DNA from: a virus
Taxonomy: Duplodnaviria > Caudoviricetes
Virus record (IMG/VR): IMGVR_UViG_3300020045_017587
Span: 1-24,400 of that record
Direction: 5' to 3' (one strand)
Length of the DNA: 24,400 nucleotides
Below are positions 1 through 8,367 of the stretch, piece after piece. Each line of letters opens with the position of its first letter. The first letter of the stretch is position 1. The notes beneath the pieces were generated by a model, which had not been told where the DNA came from, did not search any database, and saw only the letters and a list, made by a program, of their open reading frames with translations. The translations under genes and the position numbers were made by a program.

Positions 1-2
1 AT

Positions 3-2009
3 CACAGTTTTGAGAATATCGCCGATGACGGTGGTGACGGCAGTGATACTTTTTTTAATGGCGTCCCAGTTTTCCCGTATAAAGGTCAGGATTGAATTCC
101 CGTGTTCAGCCCAAAATGCCTGGACAGCACTCAGGAAATTGCCGATCGTGGTTTTGATAGCCTCCGAAACGGTGGCGACGGTTTGTTGGATCAGTGGATA
201 ATTGTCATTCCACCAACCAACAATTTGCGAACCGATTTGGAGGGTAAAGTTGTAAATTTCCGTCAAGGCCGGCAACACAGCGGCTTTGATAGCCTCCCAA
301 ACCTGAAAAGTATAGTCGCGAATCCCCCCGAAATTATTGATCCAGGCCTGATAAGCCGCATAAGCCCACGCGGCCATAACGGCCAAAGGCACGGAAAGGG
401 CGGCCAACGCTCCGGCGACGACTCCGATAATGCCCGCCACGGCACTTAATCCGCCGAGGGTAACAATACTTGCCCCGAGGGAAGCAATTCCCGTGACGAC
501 TGCTCCGATGACGATCAAAAGCGGTCCCAAAGCGGCAGCTACACCCGCGAGGGCGATTACCACGGTTTGAATGGTCGGGGATAAGGAATTGAAATATTCC
601 CCGAACTGTCCGGCATATTTTGCGCCGAGCCGCAAAATATTGGTCAAGGGTTCCTTGATCCGGTCGTATATGTTGATTGCGATCGTTTCTAGCTGAGACT
701 TCAAGCCTTCCCAGGCTCCGGCCAACCCCTTGGTTTTCGAGGCGGCGAGATCGGCGGCGGCCCCCTGAGCCGTGACGGCTTCTTTGATCTGATTAAAACC
801 CTCTGCCCCGGTGGTAAATAAAATATTGGCGGCTCGCAGAGCGTCCGAACCGAAAATCTTATAAATGTCCGAAGCTTTTTGCTGATCGGTCATTCCGGCC
901 AGTGCTTTTTGGAAATCGCCGATGATCGTAACGAAATCCTTGAGGCGGCCCTGTGAGTCATAGACCTTAATACCTAATTTATCCATGGCCTCTGCTGCAT
1001 CATTAGTTGGCGCCTGAAGGCGGGAAAGAAAGGTTTTCAACGAAGTTCCCGCGTCGCTTCCCTTGATCCCGGCGTTCGCCATAATAGCAATCGCCGCGGT
1101 CAAATCTTCGATCGGAATTTTAGCCGAAGCAAAGCTGGCCGATGCCTGTTGCATTGCCAGAGCAATATCGGACACTTCGGCCGATGAGGCATTGCTTGCA
1201 GCTGAAAGCAAATTGGCGATCCGGATCGTTTCACTAGCCTCCAAGCCGAACGCATTGAGCGCATTAGCGGCGATCTCGGCCGCTTTGGCTCCGTCCAGTT
1301 GTCCGGCCGCCGCTAATTGCAGAACTCCCTTGGCTGCGTCCATCGCCTGGTTGGCCGTCAGCCCTGCTTTAGCAAGCTCCGTCATTGCGAGAGCGGCATC
1401 TTTTGCGCTGGTCGCCGGTAAGCTCAGGTCGGCTCCCAATTTCTTGGCGGTTTCGGCCGCCGATTTCATTTCACCGTCGGTGGCTTTTGTGACGGCCTGA
1501 AAAATATTGAGAGCCGTTTCATAACTTGAACCTGCGCTCAGAATCCCGTAACTGGCGGCGGCTAAAGGTGCCGTCACGGTGGCGGTTAACGCCTGTCCGA
1601 CTCTGGTGATCCCCGCTCCGATCGTTTCCATTGCTTGGGCGACGTTGACGGATTTATTGGCAAAATCCGTCAATCTGGCATTAGAATCGGCAACTTTGTT
1701 GTTTAATCCGGCAATAGCATTTTCGGCTGTTTTGACAGCCCTTGCCATTTGTTCGGCGCCGATCTCCCCTCTGGCGTAAGCTGCGGCATTTTCGGCCAAA
1801 TTGTTTTTGATTTGCCCGATCCGGTCATTCAGCTTTTCAACCCCACGAGCGGCGACAGCAGTTAGCTTACCGTAAGAATCGGTTCGATTTTCTAAAGTTG
1901 TCAGGTTTTTTTCGGTTGAAGCCAGACGTGAATCGGCTTCCCGTAAAGAACGGGTAAAATCCTTTGTATCGGCGCGGAGTTCGCCAAAAAGACTGAAAAC
2001 GGAGGGCAT
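3..2009 (-). CDS. Tail tape measure protein (TP901-type), 3' end outside the window
   Basis: Absent from the ORF track because it has no stop in the window. Hand translation from ATG 2009 (TAATG overlap with the upstream stop) gives MPSVFSLFGELRADTKDF, an Ala-rich helical sequence, the core motif ANAGIKGSDAGTSLKTFL...DKLGIKVYDSQG, a hydrophobic segment and periodic W/F repeats. Confidence 0.95.
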   Translation of the reverse strand, partial: MPSVFSLFGELRADTKDFTRSLREADSRLASTEKNLTTLENRTDSYGKLTAVAARGVEKLNDRIGQIKNNLAENAAAYARGEIGAEQMARAVKTAENAIAGLNNKVADSNARLTDFANKSVNVAQAMETIGAGITRVGQALTATVTAPLAAASYGILSAGSSYETALNIFQAVTKATDGEMKSAAETAKKLGADLSLPATSAKDAALAMTELAKAGLTANQAMDAAKGVLQLAAAGQLDGAKAAEIAANALNAFGLEASETIRIANLLSAASNASSAEVSDIALAMQQASASFASAKIPIEDLTAAIAIMANAGIKGSDAGTSLKTFLSRLQAPTNDAAEAMDKLGIKVYDSQGRLKDFVTIIGDFQKALAGMTDQQKASDIYKIFGSDALRAANILFTTGAEGFNQIKEAVTAQGAAADLAASKTKGLAGAWEGLKSQLETIAINIYDRIKEPLTNILRLGAKYAGQFGEYFNSLSPTIQTVVIALAGVAAALGPLLIVIGAVVTGIASLGASIVTLGGLSAVAGIIGVVAGALAALSVPLAVMAAWAYAAYQAWINNFGGIRDYTFQVWEAIKAAVLPALTEIYNFTLQIGSQIVGWWNDNYPLIQQTVATVSEAIKTTIGNFLSAVQAFWAEHGNSILTFIRENWDAIKKSITAVTTVIGDILKTV

Positions 2010-2332
2010 TAGAGAACCTCCTTGATGGCATTGATCAGATTTGCTCTAAATGTTTCTTCGGATTGATGGAACGCCGGGGTTAAGTGCGGCTGGGCTTCGG
2101 AATTCGAGGTTCCGAATTCCACATAGGGAGCATATTCCAATTCGGAACCGATCAAAACCAGATTATCCGTCACCGGTTCCGCTTGATACGAATCCCTTAA
2201 GGCACCCGTATCAACCGGGGTTAATTGGCTGGTCAGATTGGCAATATCCTCGCCCGTTTGAAGCAACGCTTTTTTGACGGCGGCGGGAGCCCTCTGACCG
2301 ATCCGGGTTAAATTGGATTTAAGTTTTGCCAC
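2009..2332 (-). CDS. HK97 gp10-like neck/tail-completion protein
   Basis: Motifs TPVDTGALRDS and YAPYVEFGT...AQPHLTPAF. The likely start is GTG 2332 with GAGGAGG upstream; the track's extension to 2425 overlaps the upstream gene. Confidence 0.88.
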   Translation of the reverse strand: MAKLKSNLTRIGQRAPAAVKKALLQTGEDIANLTSQLTPVDTGALRDSYQAEPVTDNLVLIGSELEYAPYVEFGTSNSEAQPHLTPAFHQSEETFRANLINAIKEVL

Positions 2333-2618
2333 CCTGGGCCGCCTCCTCTTTTTTCCACCGGTCTTTCTGGATTCGCCAATATTTCGGGTTGATGCCCTGA
2401 AGGCGTTCACCTTCCCTGATTCCAAAGCGGTAATCCTGAGCCCTCTGCATCCACATCGCTTTATCAGGACGGTTGTCGAGTTCCAGTGCCGAACAATTTA
2501 GCGTTTCCGCCGCCTGGATAACAAAAAACCAATGATCCGGGACGATCAAATGACCGTCCTTATCAGTCATTTCACCTAAGCCGCCGATCCATTTGGCGAT
2601 GCGCCTTGAGGCTTTCCC
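2319..2618 (-). CDS. Tail assembly chaperone, gpT-like part reached by -1 frameshift
   Basis: The -1 frame from the slippery site reads ASRRIAKWIGGLGE-MTDKDGH with no stop and runs into track ORF 2319..2570. Confidence 0.8.
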   Translation of the reverse strand, partial: GKASRRIAKWIGGLGEMTDKDGHLIVPDHWFFVIQAAETLNCSALELDNRPDKAMWMQRAQDYRFGIREGERLQGINPKYWRIQKDRWKKEEAAQGGKT

Positions 2619-2914
2619 CCCTGCCAGGTCTCCGCCATCGAGGTCAATATAAAATTGAGAAATTCAACCGGTAAAGTTGAAAGATTATCAACAGTCGGCG
2701 GAAAATCGCCTTCTTTTTCCTGATAGACGTTCCAACCGGTAATCACAGCGGCGAGCCCGTTGGCCAGTTCGATAGGGCGAGTTTGAACATCAATAAAGGA
2801 CTGGAGGATTTTTGGGGAAAGCGCGTTCTCTTTAGCCCCCCATTCCACTATTTCGCCATTAAATTCTTTGGAAAAACTGACCGTCCGGTTGGTCAGAATA
2901 TTGTTAAGTTTCAT
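2576..2914 (-). CDS. Tail assembly chaperone, gpG-like (112 aa)
   Basis: Lies directly after the tail tube gene, starts MKLNNIL at ATG 2914 and has an in-frame G GGA AAG near its 3' end. Confidence 0.82.
   Translation of the reverse strand: MKLNNILTNRTVSFSKEFNGEIVEWGAKENALSPKILQSFIDVQTRPIELANGLAAVITGWNVYQEKEGDFPPTVDNLSTLPVEFLNFILTSMAETWQGGKPQGASPNGSAA
2612..2618 (-). promoter_or_regulatory. Programmed -1 ribosomal frameshift site GGGAAAG
   Basis: X XXY YYZ heptamer in the correct frame (G GGA AAG). It is the same heptamer as in lambda gpG-T and joins the two chaperone ORFs. Confidence 0.88.
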
Positions 2915-2940
2915 AAAATTGTAAATTTCCAGGCTCTTGA

Positions 2941-3363
2941 TTACGCATAAGAACCGAGTGTTACCGCATCCGTGATCCGGAAAGTGGCTGTAAAGGGAAT
3001 TCCTTCGCCCACGTCGTCGCTGATTTCCCAATTTGTAACGAACATCGTTCCGGTATATTTCGGCGAACCGCTTTCACCGTCAATCGGCCCGTGTTCAAAA
3101 TTGACGACGTCCTGGTTATCGTAAATTGCATCCAAATGAGCTCCGATAGTCGCGTCATACCAGCCCGTCGCAGTAAAGGTGGCGTCCTTGAGTCCCGGCA
3201 AAAATGTTTTATTTCCATTGTTGCCGAAAGCGGTCACGTCCACCTCTTCGGCTGACCGCGGGAAATTGACACTGTTAAAATAGGTTGAACGATCAGTCGG
3301 CGTGCCCGGCGTCCCGGTTGTCCCGATTTTGAATTTCACATCTCTTGCGATTGAAGCTGCCAT
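2941..3363 (-). CDS. Major tail tube protein
   Basis: 140 aa with EEVDVTAFG...FLPGLKDATFTATG and KYTGTMFVTNWEIS...FTATFRIT, typical of siphovirus tube proteins. Strong AAGGAG SD; lies just before the chaperones. Confidence 0.88.
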   Translation of the reverse strand: MAASIARDVKFKIGTTGTPGTPTDRSTYFNSVNFPRSAEEVDVTAFGNNGNKTFLPGLKDATFTATGWYDATIGAHLDAIYDNQDVVNFEHGPIDGESGSPKYTGTMFVTNWEISDDVGEGIPFTATFRITDAVTLGSYA

Positions 3364-3385
3364 AAAATTATCTCCTTAAAAAAAA

Positions 3386-4120
3386 TTAAAATCTGTGTAA
3401 CGCGCCGACCGCATAAGCTTTGCCACCGACGGCTGTAAATGATGTCCGGGTATATCGTCGAATAGTTGTTTCGGCCGGAATCTCAACGATAATCGCTCCG
3501 TTCTCGGCTCCGATAGCCGTGGTCGGAATCAGATCGTCCCAATCAGTATTATTAGTGCTGTGCTCGACCAGAAATTCGCCGTCCGTGGCATCGGAATCGC
3601 TTTCGAGATACGTATGCCCGTGAAAGACTCCTCCGTTTGTGGTCGCCGCCCCGTTATCAACCGAATCGCCCTCATCAATATTATCATCAACCGAACCTTT
3701 ATAAACCCATTTACCGTGATAGATATTGCCTTTAGCTCTGATAACTCCTGAAGTCGCGACCGCCTCGCCTTCCGAGGCTTCAATGTTGTGTTCATTCTGC
3801 CCGCCCCGGACCATCACCGCGACGCCCCCGACGCTTACCGCCCCGCGTGATGCCGAAACGACGACATCCTCCTGATCATCAAAAGCGGCCTCCAGGACAT
3901 TTTCAATTTCGTTCAGGTCAACGGCGTCATAATCAAAAAAACCCGAAAAATTTAAGGTCCCTTCTTTTGATCCCGGCTTGAAAGACCTGTTCCCGGAAGT
4001 GCAGAGTGCGGTCACGTCCACCTCTCCCGTCTGTTTTTGCCAGGTCATATCTTTGAGGGCACAGGCCAGGTCGTAACCGTCAATATAAATCTCGTAATTT
4101 TTTGCAATTGATGGAGCCAT
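3386..4120 (-). CDS. Second tail-tube-like protein with an extra C-terminal beta domain
   Basis: The N-terminal half aligns by eye to 2941..3363 (MAPSIAK vs MAASIAR; EVDVTALCTSGNRSFKPGSKEG vs EVDVTAFGNNGNKTFLPGLKDA). Confidence 0.75.
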   Translation of the reverse strand: MAPSIAKNYEIYIDGYDLACALKDMTWQKQTGEVDVTALCTSGNRSFKPGSKEGTLNFSGFFDYDAVDLNEIENVLEAAFDDQEDVVVSASRGAVSVGGVAVMVRGGQNEHNIEASEGEAVATSGVIRAKGNIYHGKWVYKGSVDDNIDEGDSVDNGAATTNGGVFHGHTYLESDSDATDGEFLVEHSTNNTDWDDLIPTTAIGAENGAIIVEIPAETTIRRYTRTSFTAVGGKAYAVGALHRF

Positions 4121-4123
4121 AAA

Positions 4124-4306
4124 TTATGTCCTTTTTCTTGGAATCTTGCGTAAAGTAACTCTTACTTCCTCTTTAAGCTGAACCGGCGGGGGGAAATCCC
4201 GAGGTTGACCCGCCTCCGGTGTTTCAAAGTTTTTAATAACTCCAAAAGGTTCCCCGACTTTCTTTTCGGGCTTACTATCCGTTTCAGTTGATTTTTTTTT
4301 GCCCAT
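4124..4306 (-). CDS. Small hypothetical protein
   Basis: 60-aa Lys/Pro-rich ORF filling the gap before the tube genes; ATG 4306 or GTG 4312. Confidence 0.5.
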   Translation of the reverse strand: MGKKKSTETDSKPEKKVGEPFGVIKNFETPEAGQPRDFPPPVQLKEEVRVTLRKIPRKRT

Positions 4307-4308
4307 AA

Positions 4309-4410
4309 TCACACCACAAAAATTCTTAATCTAACGCCGGTCAATTAAACATTTCTATCCGATAACTGCTCCGTAAAATATACCTTAATTTGTTCAGATA
4401 AGTCACTCAT
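4309..4410 (-). pseudogene. Collapsed relic of a tail terminator gene
   Basis: Translates MSDLSEQIKV-YFTEQLSDRNV*LTGVRLRIFVV*. This matches both the start (MSVLSEKIRV) and the domain end (QPLSDRNIWMTGVMLRIWST) of 7258..7956. Confidence 0.8.
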
Positions 4411-4413
4411 TTT

Positions 4414-5961
4414 TTACCCAATAATCATTCCATAACTGCGCTGCTGATTCGCCGACTTACTAACTGTGATTCTTGGCGTGACGGTGTAAGTGTCAAGTGC
4501 AGAACCATTTCGATAGACCCTGAAATCCAACGTATCGCCATCCGCCAACTCCGAAGCGTCCAGAGTTATTGCATAAAGTAATTCAGTATAATTTGCGGCA
4601 GTCAATTGAAGGTCGTTGACTTCCCCATCCTCAGAGATTTTCCCTGCTACAAATGAACCACTTCCCCCGGTTAAACGATTTGTTGTGGCGTTGCCGTCTG
4701 TGAGATTTGATGAATTAAACCCCGTTATAATCGGGTCGGACAAAACTTCAAACACCAAATCATCCCCAGACTCAGCAATCCAATCTACGGTATCAAAATA
4801 CAATGTGTTGCCAGAATGTCCGGGGGATGTGCTGTCGGAGTAAATATCTATCAAATTAGACCCATCCCCATTTGTGTATTCAATAGCGAAGATGTAATAC
4901 GTTCCATTAGTTAAAGTTATTTGGTTGCCACCGGAAAAAGTAAAAGTAGTTTGCGCCGCGCTTCCTGTTAGTGTCGAAACGTCAAAATTATCCGAAGTGG
5001 CTAATGCCGCACCCGTTGGGATTGATGAAGTTCCGTAAGTTCCCGAATGTGCATAAATTTTAATGACGGCATTTCCTGTCGGGCTGCCGAATTTACTTAA
5101 TAAAACAACTATTCTTTTTAACTGCTTTCCATTTCCGGTAAAAGACTGTCCAACTGCTTGTCGAAACACAGAATCGTCAACCGAATAAGAAGAATCATTA
5201 TTACTGAAATCGTAAGAATCTATCGGACTATAACTGCCCAATAAACGATAACTGCCACTACCTTTTTTAACATACAACGGGTAATCGTCCGTTGATGGGC
5301 CTGCGGTATCCCCGTTTTGCTCCTGTATCATTGCGCGTAAAAGCAGAGAAGAATCGCCTCCGTCTAAATTGCGCGTAATATTCGTATCTTGGTTAGCAAT
5401 CGCAGTTGAACCTGCTTCCGTGCCGTCCTCGTAGAATCTGAAAACTTTTTGCTGACTTTTGAACGCTAAAGTGTAGGTAACTTCTACTTGACAGGATGCA
5501 AGGCGGATAGTCGGGTTAGCATCGGTTGAAACCCAACCGAACGCTTGTAATGCATTACTTCCACCACCGTTAATATCGGTAACAGTCCACGCGGCATTGC
5601 TTTTTGGGTTATTTGCCCAATTATCCGTTCTGGAAGTCCAAGTTCCATTTGCGGGATTATGAGTGGAGGCATTGTAATAGTTTCCGCCAACTTTCAATCT
5701 TCCGCCGATATTGCAGCTTTGAGACGCAGTTTTTTGGTCATAATATTTGACCGCAACATTTGAAATAATTGCATCGGACGGCAAAGAAAAAGCCGAAAAC
5801 CCAAAAGTTAGATTTCCTGCCGTCGCTGTTCCGTGAGTAAGAAAATCCGCACCGCTTGAATCCGGATAGTCGTCAACTAAAGTATAACGCGAACCAGCCG
5901 AGCCGTCCCAAGTTCCCGAAACGGCTTCGTCTGATGTCGGATTTTTAGTTGATGTTGCCAA
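4414..5961 (-). CDS. Multi-domain beta-rich virion accessory or adhesin-like protein (515 aa)
   Basis: TTG start with AGGAG SD. Rich in S/T/G/N/D, with several beta-sandwich-like segments and no signal peptide; lies within the structural operon. Confidence 0.7.
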   Translation of the reverse strand: MATSTKNPTSDEAVSGTWDGSAGSRYTLVDDYPDSSGADFLTHGTATAGNLTFGFSAFSLPSDAIISNVAVKYYDQKTASQSCNIGGRLKVGGNYYNASTHNPANGTWTSRTDNWANNPKSNAAWTVTDINGGGSNALQAFGWVSTDANPTIRLASCQVEVTYTLAFKSQQKVFRFYEDGTEAGSTAIANQDTNITRNLDGGDSSLLLRAMIQEQNGDTAGPSTDDYPLYVKKGSGSYRLLGSYSPIDSYDFSNNDSSYSVDDSVFRQAVGQSFTGNGKQLKRIVVLLSKFGSPTGNAVIKIYAHSGTYGTSSIPTGAALATSDNFDVSTLTGSAAQTTFTFSGGNQITLTNGTYYIFAIEYTNGDGSNLIDIYSDSTSPGHSGNTLYFDTVDWIAESGDDLVFEVLSDPIITGFNSSNLTDGNATTNRLTGGSGSFVAGKISEDGEVNDLQLTAANYTELLYAITLDASELADGDTLDFRVYRNGSALDTYTVTPRITVSKSANQQRSYGMIIG

Positions 5962-5994
5962 TACCTTTCTCCTACTCTGTCTAGGACTTTCTTC

Positions 5995-6393
5995 CTATGT
6001 TTTTGTTACTTTCAAACTCAATAAAATCCGTTGGCAGGTCGTTATTGAGTCCACGTTAAAGCGCAAAGTATCACCCGCCGCGATGGTTTTATTCCAACCT
6101 GTCAGCGTTGCGTCCTGCGATTTCGTGGCAGTTGAAAGCGTTGGCTTGGCTGATGCCGTGATGCTATCGCCAACCACAGGCGGAAAATTCGCATAAGTGT
6201 CTTTCCAAATATCAATTACAATCGAGCCGCTTTGATCAGCTAAAAGCGTCGCCTCATTGATGGTGCAAGCAAAAGGGATTGCCAAATCGCCTTTAACCCC
6301 GGTCGTAATTACCGCGCCGCCGCCATCTATGATGAAGGAGATAACCGCAAAATTATTCCTGATTTGTCGCGCCGCCGCTTGCGTTTCAGGCAT
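5995..6393 (-). CDS. Small fibre-associated beta-sandwich protein
   Basis: IDGGGAVITTGVKG..IPFACTI..LLADQSGSIVIDIWK..AGDTLRFNVDS pattern, which I recall from phage fibre proteins; GAGG SD. Confidence 0.7.
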   Translation of the reverse strand: MPETQAAARQIRNNFAVISFIIDGGGAVITTGVKGDLAIPFACTINEATLLADQSGSIVIDIWKDTYANFPPVVGDSITASAKPTLSTATKSQDATLTGWNKTIAAGDTLRFNVDSITTCQRILLSLKVTKT

Positions 6394-6417
6394 TCAAACC
6401 TCTATTTCCTGTTAGTA

Positions 6418-7254
6418 TCACTTACGATAACTTGCTAAAAGAATATCTCCGCTCACCGGCGCAGTTGTAAAAGTAATCGTATTAGTGGAAATTGTGTAAT
6501 CATTTCCGCTTCCTGACCGTTGCAAAATTCCGTTCAAATAAAGATGCTCAGTTCCCGCCGTTGGCGTATTTGCTAAAGTAAATGTCACATTTGACCCGTT
6601 AATTGTTCCCGATGGTGTTTCTTTATCTACGAAATTTGAGGCTGTCAGACCGCTTGAAGCATCCAGCGTAAAAGTGATGGCGGTCGTGTTGAGCGTTCCA
6701 CCGTCATCAACCGGACAAAAGAATTTAGCAATTCCATCAGCGGAGGCTTGTGCGCCTTCCGAAACCCAACACGCCATCCCCGGAAAATCTGCCCACGTGT
6801 CGGTGTTCGGATCGCGGGTCATCGCCGAACCCGAACCGTTAAACACATAAATGCCATTTTCAGCCGGAGCAGTTTGATTTTTGACAAGGATTTTTTCGCC
6901 GTTATTAAGCGTCACTCCATCGAACGAAGCAGTGCCGGGATTAGAAAGTGTAATATTTGCAGTTGAGGCAACCCGCGCATTGCGGAACTTATAGATTGAC
7001 GACAACCCGGCAACCGCGTTTTCCACGTCAACAATTCTCGCGGCATCATTTGAGGCTGGGGTTGGGGTTGCCAAATTTGTGATTTTATTATTGCCAAGTG
7101 ATTGATTGCCCGTAAAAGCCACCCCGCCGCCGCGTTGAATAAATTCCGCCCCGTCAGCAAGTTTGGAGGTTTCAATTCCCGCCCCCGCCGCAACTTTTAT
7201 CGCAGTAACCGCGCCGTCTCTGATTTGTTTTGTTGAAATTGTTGATTCTGGCAT
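6418..7254 (-). CDS. Fibre protein (probably trimeric)
   Basis: NNKITNLATP..NDAA stalk-like motif and RVASTANITLS..DGVTL..GEKILVKNQT..ENGIY fibre domain. Its C-terminal ~70-aa domain is shared with 7258..7956. Confidence 0.78.
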   Translation of the reverse strand: MPESTISTKQIRDGAVTAIKVAAGAGIETSKLADGAEFIQRGGGVAFTGNQSLGNNKITNLATPTPASNDAARIVDVENAVAGLSSIYKFRNARVASTANITLSNPGTASFDGVTLNNGEKILVKNQTAPAENGIYVFNGSGSAMTRDPNTDTWADFPGMACWVSEGAQASADGIAKFFCPVDDGGTLNTTAITFTLDASSGLTASNFVDKETPSGTINGSNVTFTLANTPTAGTEHLYLNGILQRSGSGNDYTISTNTITFTTAPVSGDILLASYRK

Positions 7255-7257
7255 AAT

Positions 7258-7956
7258 TTATTGCACCTCGTAATCTACTAAAATTGTATCTCCGACATCT
7301 GGACTGACTGTGAAAATAATTGTGTCGTTTCCGACTGTAATGTAATCAAAACCCGCACCTTTTCGTTGCGAAATTCCATTCAAAGTAACTTCTACCGATT
7401 CGGGCAGGAAATTGTTGGCGGTTGTAAAAGTGGCGTTTGCACCGTTGATTGCTCCGTTCGGAATTTCATCAATAACTCTTGCTCTGGCGTAAGACGGAAT
7501 GTCCGGCGGCGGCGTTAGCCCCACTTCATCGGTTGACCAAATCCGGAGCATTACCCCGGTCATCCAAATATTCCGGTCTGAAAGCGGTTGACGGATTTCC
7601 GGTAAATCACCCATTCGCATAACACCCAAGCAACTGCCGCTTGAGAGGCTCAAACTTTGTCCGATTTCCGTCACTGCGAAACTCAAAATATCTTCGCCTA
7701 AATCAATCGGACTTTTAGAGGTTGAAGCATCACGGTCAACAAAGGCTTTGAGCATCCAGAGCGACTCTTCGTGGCTCAAAGTAAAACCGAAGGTGTAGCT
7801 TGGAAGATTGGAAGCCTTTTCAAATATCAAAAGCGGATAATTGCTTGAAAGTTTGGCTTCGCCGTAAAACACGCCGCCTGTTGCCAGATTTGTCACGTTG
7901 GCAACATTTAATTTGCCGTAAAGCGCAACCCTTATTTTTTCTGACAACACGCTCAT
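7258..7956 (-). CDS. Tail terminator-like protein fused to a C-terminal beta domain
   Basis: Follows the head-closure gene. The N-terminal ~140 aa has the pattern IRVALYGKL..GGVFYGEA..YPLLIF (DUF3168 / SPP1 gp17-like), followed by a LTPPPDIP linker and a ~70-aa domain. Confidence 0.75.
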   Translation of the reverse strand: MSVLSEKIRVALYGKLNVANVTNLATGGVFYGEAKLSSNYPLLIFEKASNLPSYTFGFTLSHEESLWMLKAFVDRDASTSKSPIDLGEDILSFAVTEIGQSLSLSSGSCLGVMRMGDLPEIRQPLSDRNIWMTGVMLRIWSTDEVGLTPPPDIPSYARARVIDEIPNGAINGANATFTTANNFLPESVEVTLNGISQRKGAGFDYITVGNDTIIFTVSPDVGDTILVDYEVQ

Positions 7957-8364
7957 TTAATTTTCAAGACTACAAATGACTTTCAGATATACCCCATAAT
8001 AATTTTCAATTCCCAAAATCCGAAAAGTTTTGGCAGGTTCATCATCTTGGGCTAAGATATTGAGACGGTCATCAGCTCTAATTTCCAGTAAATTATTTTC
8101 AAAATATCTGGGCAAGATCACTTCGTATTGAACTATCGAAATAAATTTCCCTGAAAGTTCATCCTTAACGGATTTGGTTTTCGGTTGATACAAACAAGGA
8201 ATATTTTCAAACGGCGTTGTTGGCATTTCACTAATTACCGCACCACCTGAATCTTTTGTTTCGTCAACCGAACTGATGTCGCAGAGGAACATCAAGCCCT
8301 TCGCCTGAACTTTGGCAAAAACGGCCGGAACTTTTCCTGTTGCCAGACTTTGAAGGGTTGCCAT
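7957..8364 (-). CDS. Head closure (SPP1 gp16-like) protein
   Basis: KDSGGAVI...ENIPCLY...IRADDRLNI...TFRILGI pattern, size and position. Confidence 0.72.
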   Translation of the reverse strand: MATLQSLATGKVPAVFAKVQAKGLMFLCDISSVDETKDSGGAVISEMPTTPFENIPCLYQPKTKSVKDELSGKFISIVQYEVILPRYFENNLLEIRADDRLNILAQDDEPAKTFRILGIENYYGVYLKVICSLEN

Positions 8365-8367
8365 ATT

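Noticed and set aside
10-1779. Several ORFs in the track over this interval (10..201, 102..449, 263..445, 1063..1500, 1579..1779)
   Set aside because: They are antisense or alternate-frame shadows of the tape measure gene.
4414-7254. A diversity-generating retroelement target or invertible fibre cassette
   Set aside because: No reverse transcriptase, invertase, adenine-specific repeat pair or flanking inverted repeats were seen in the window.
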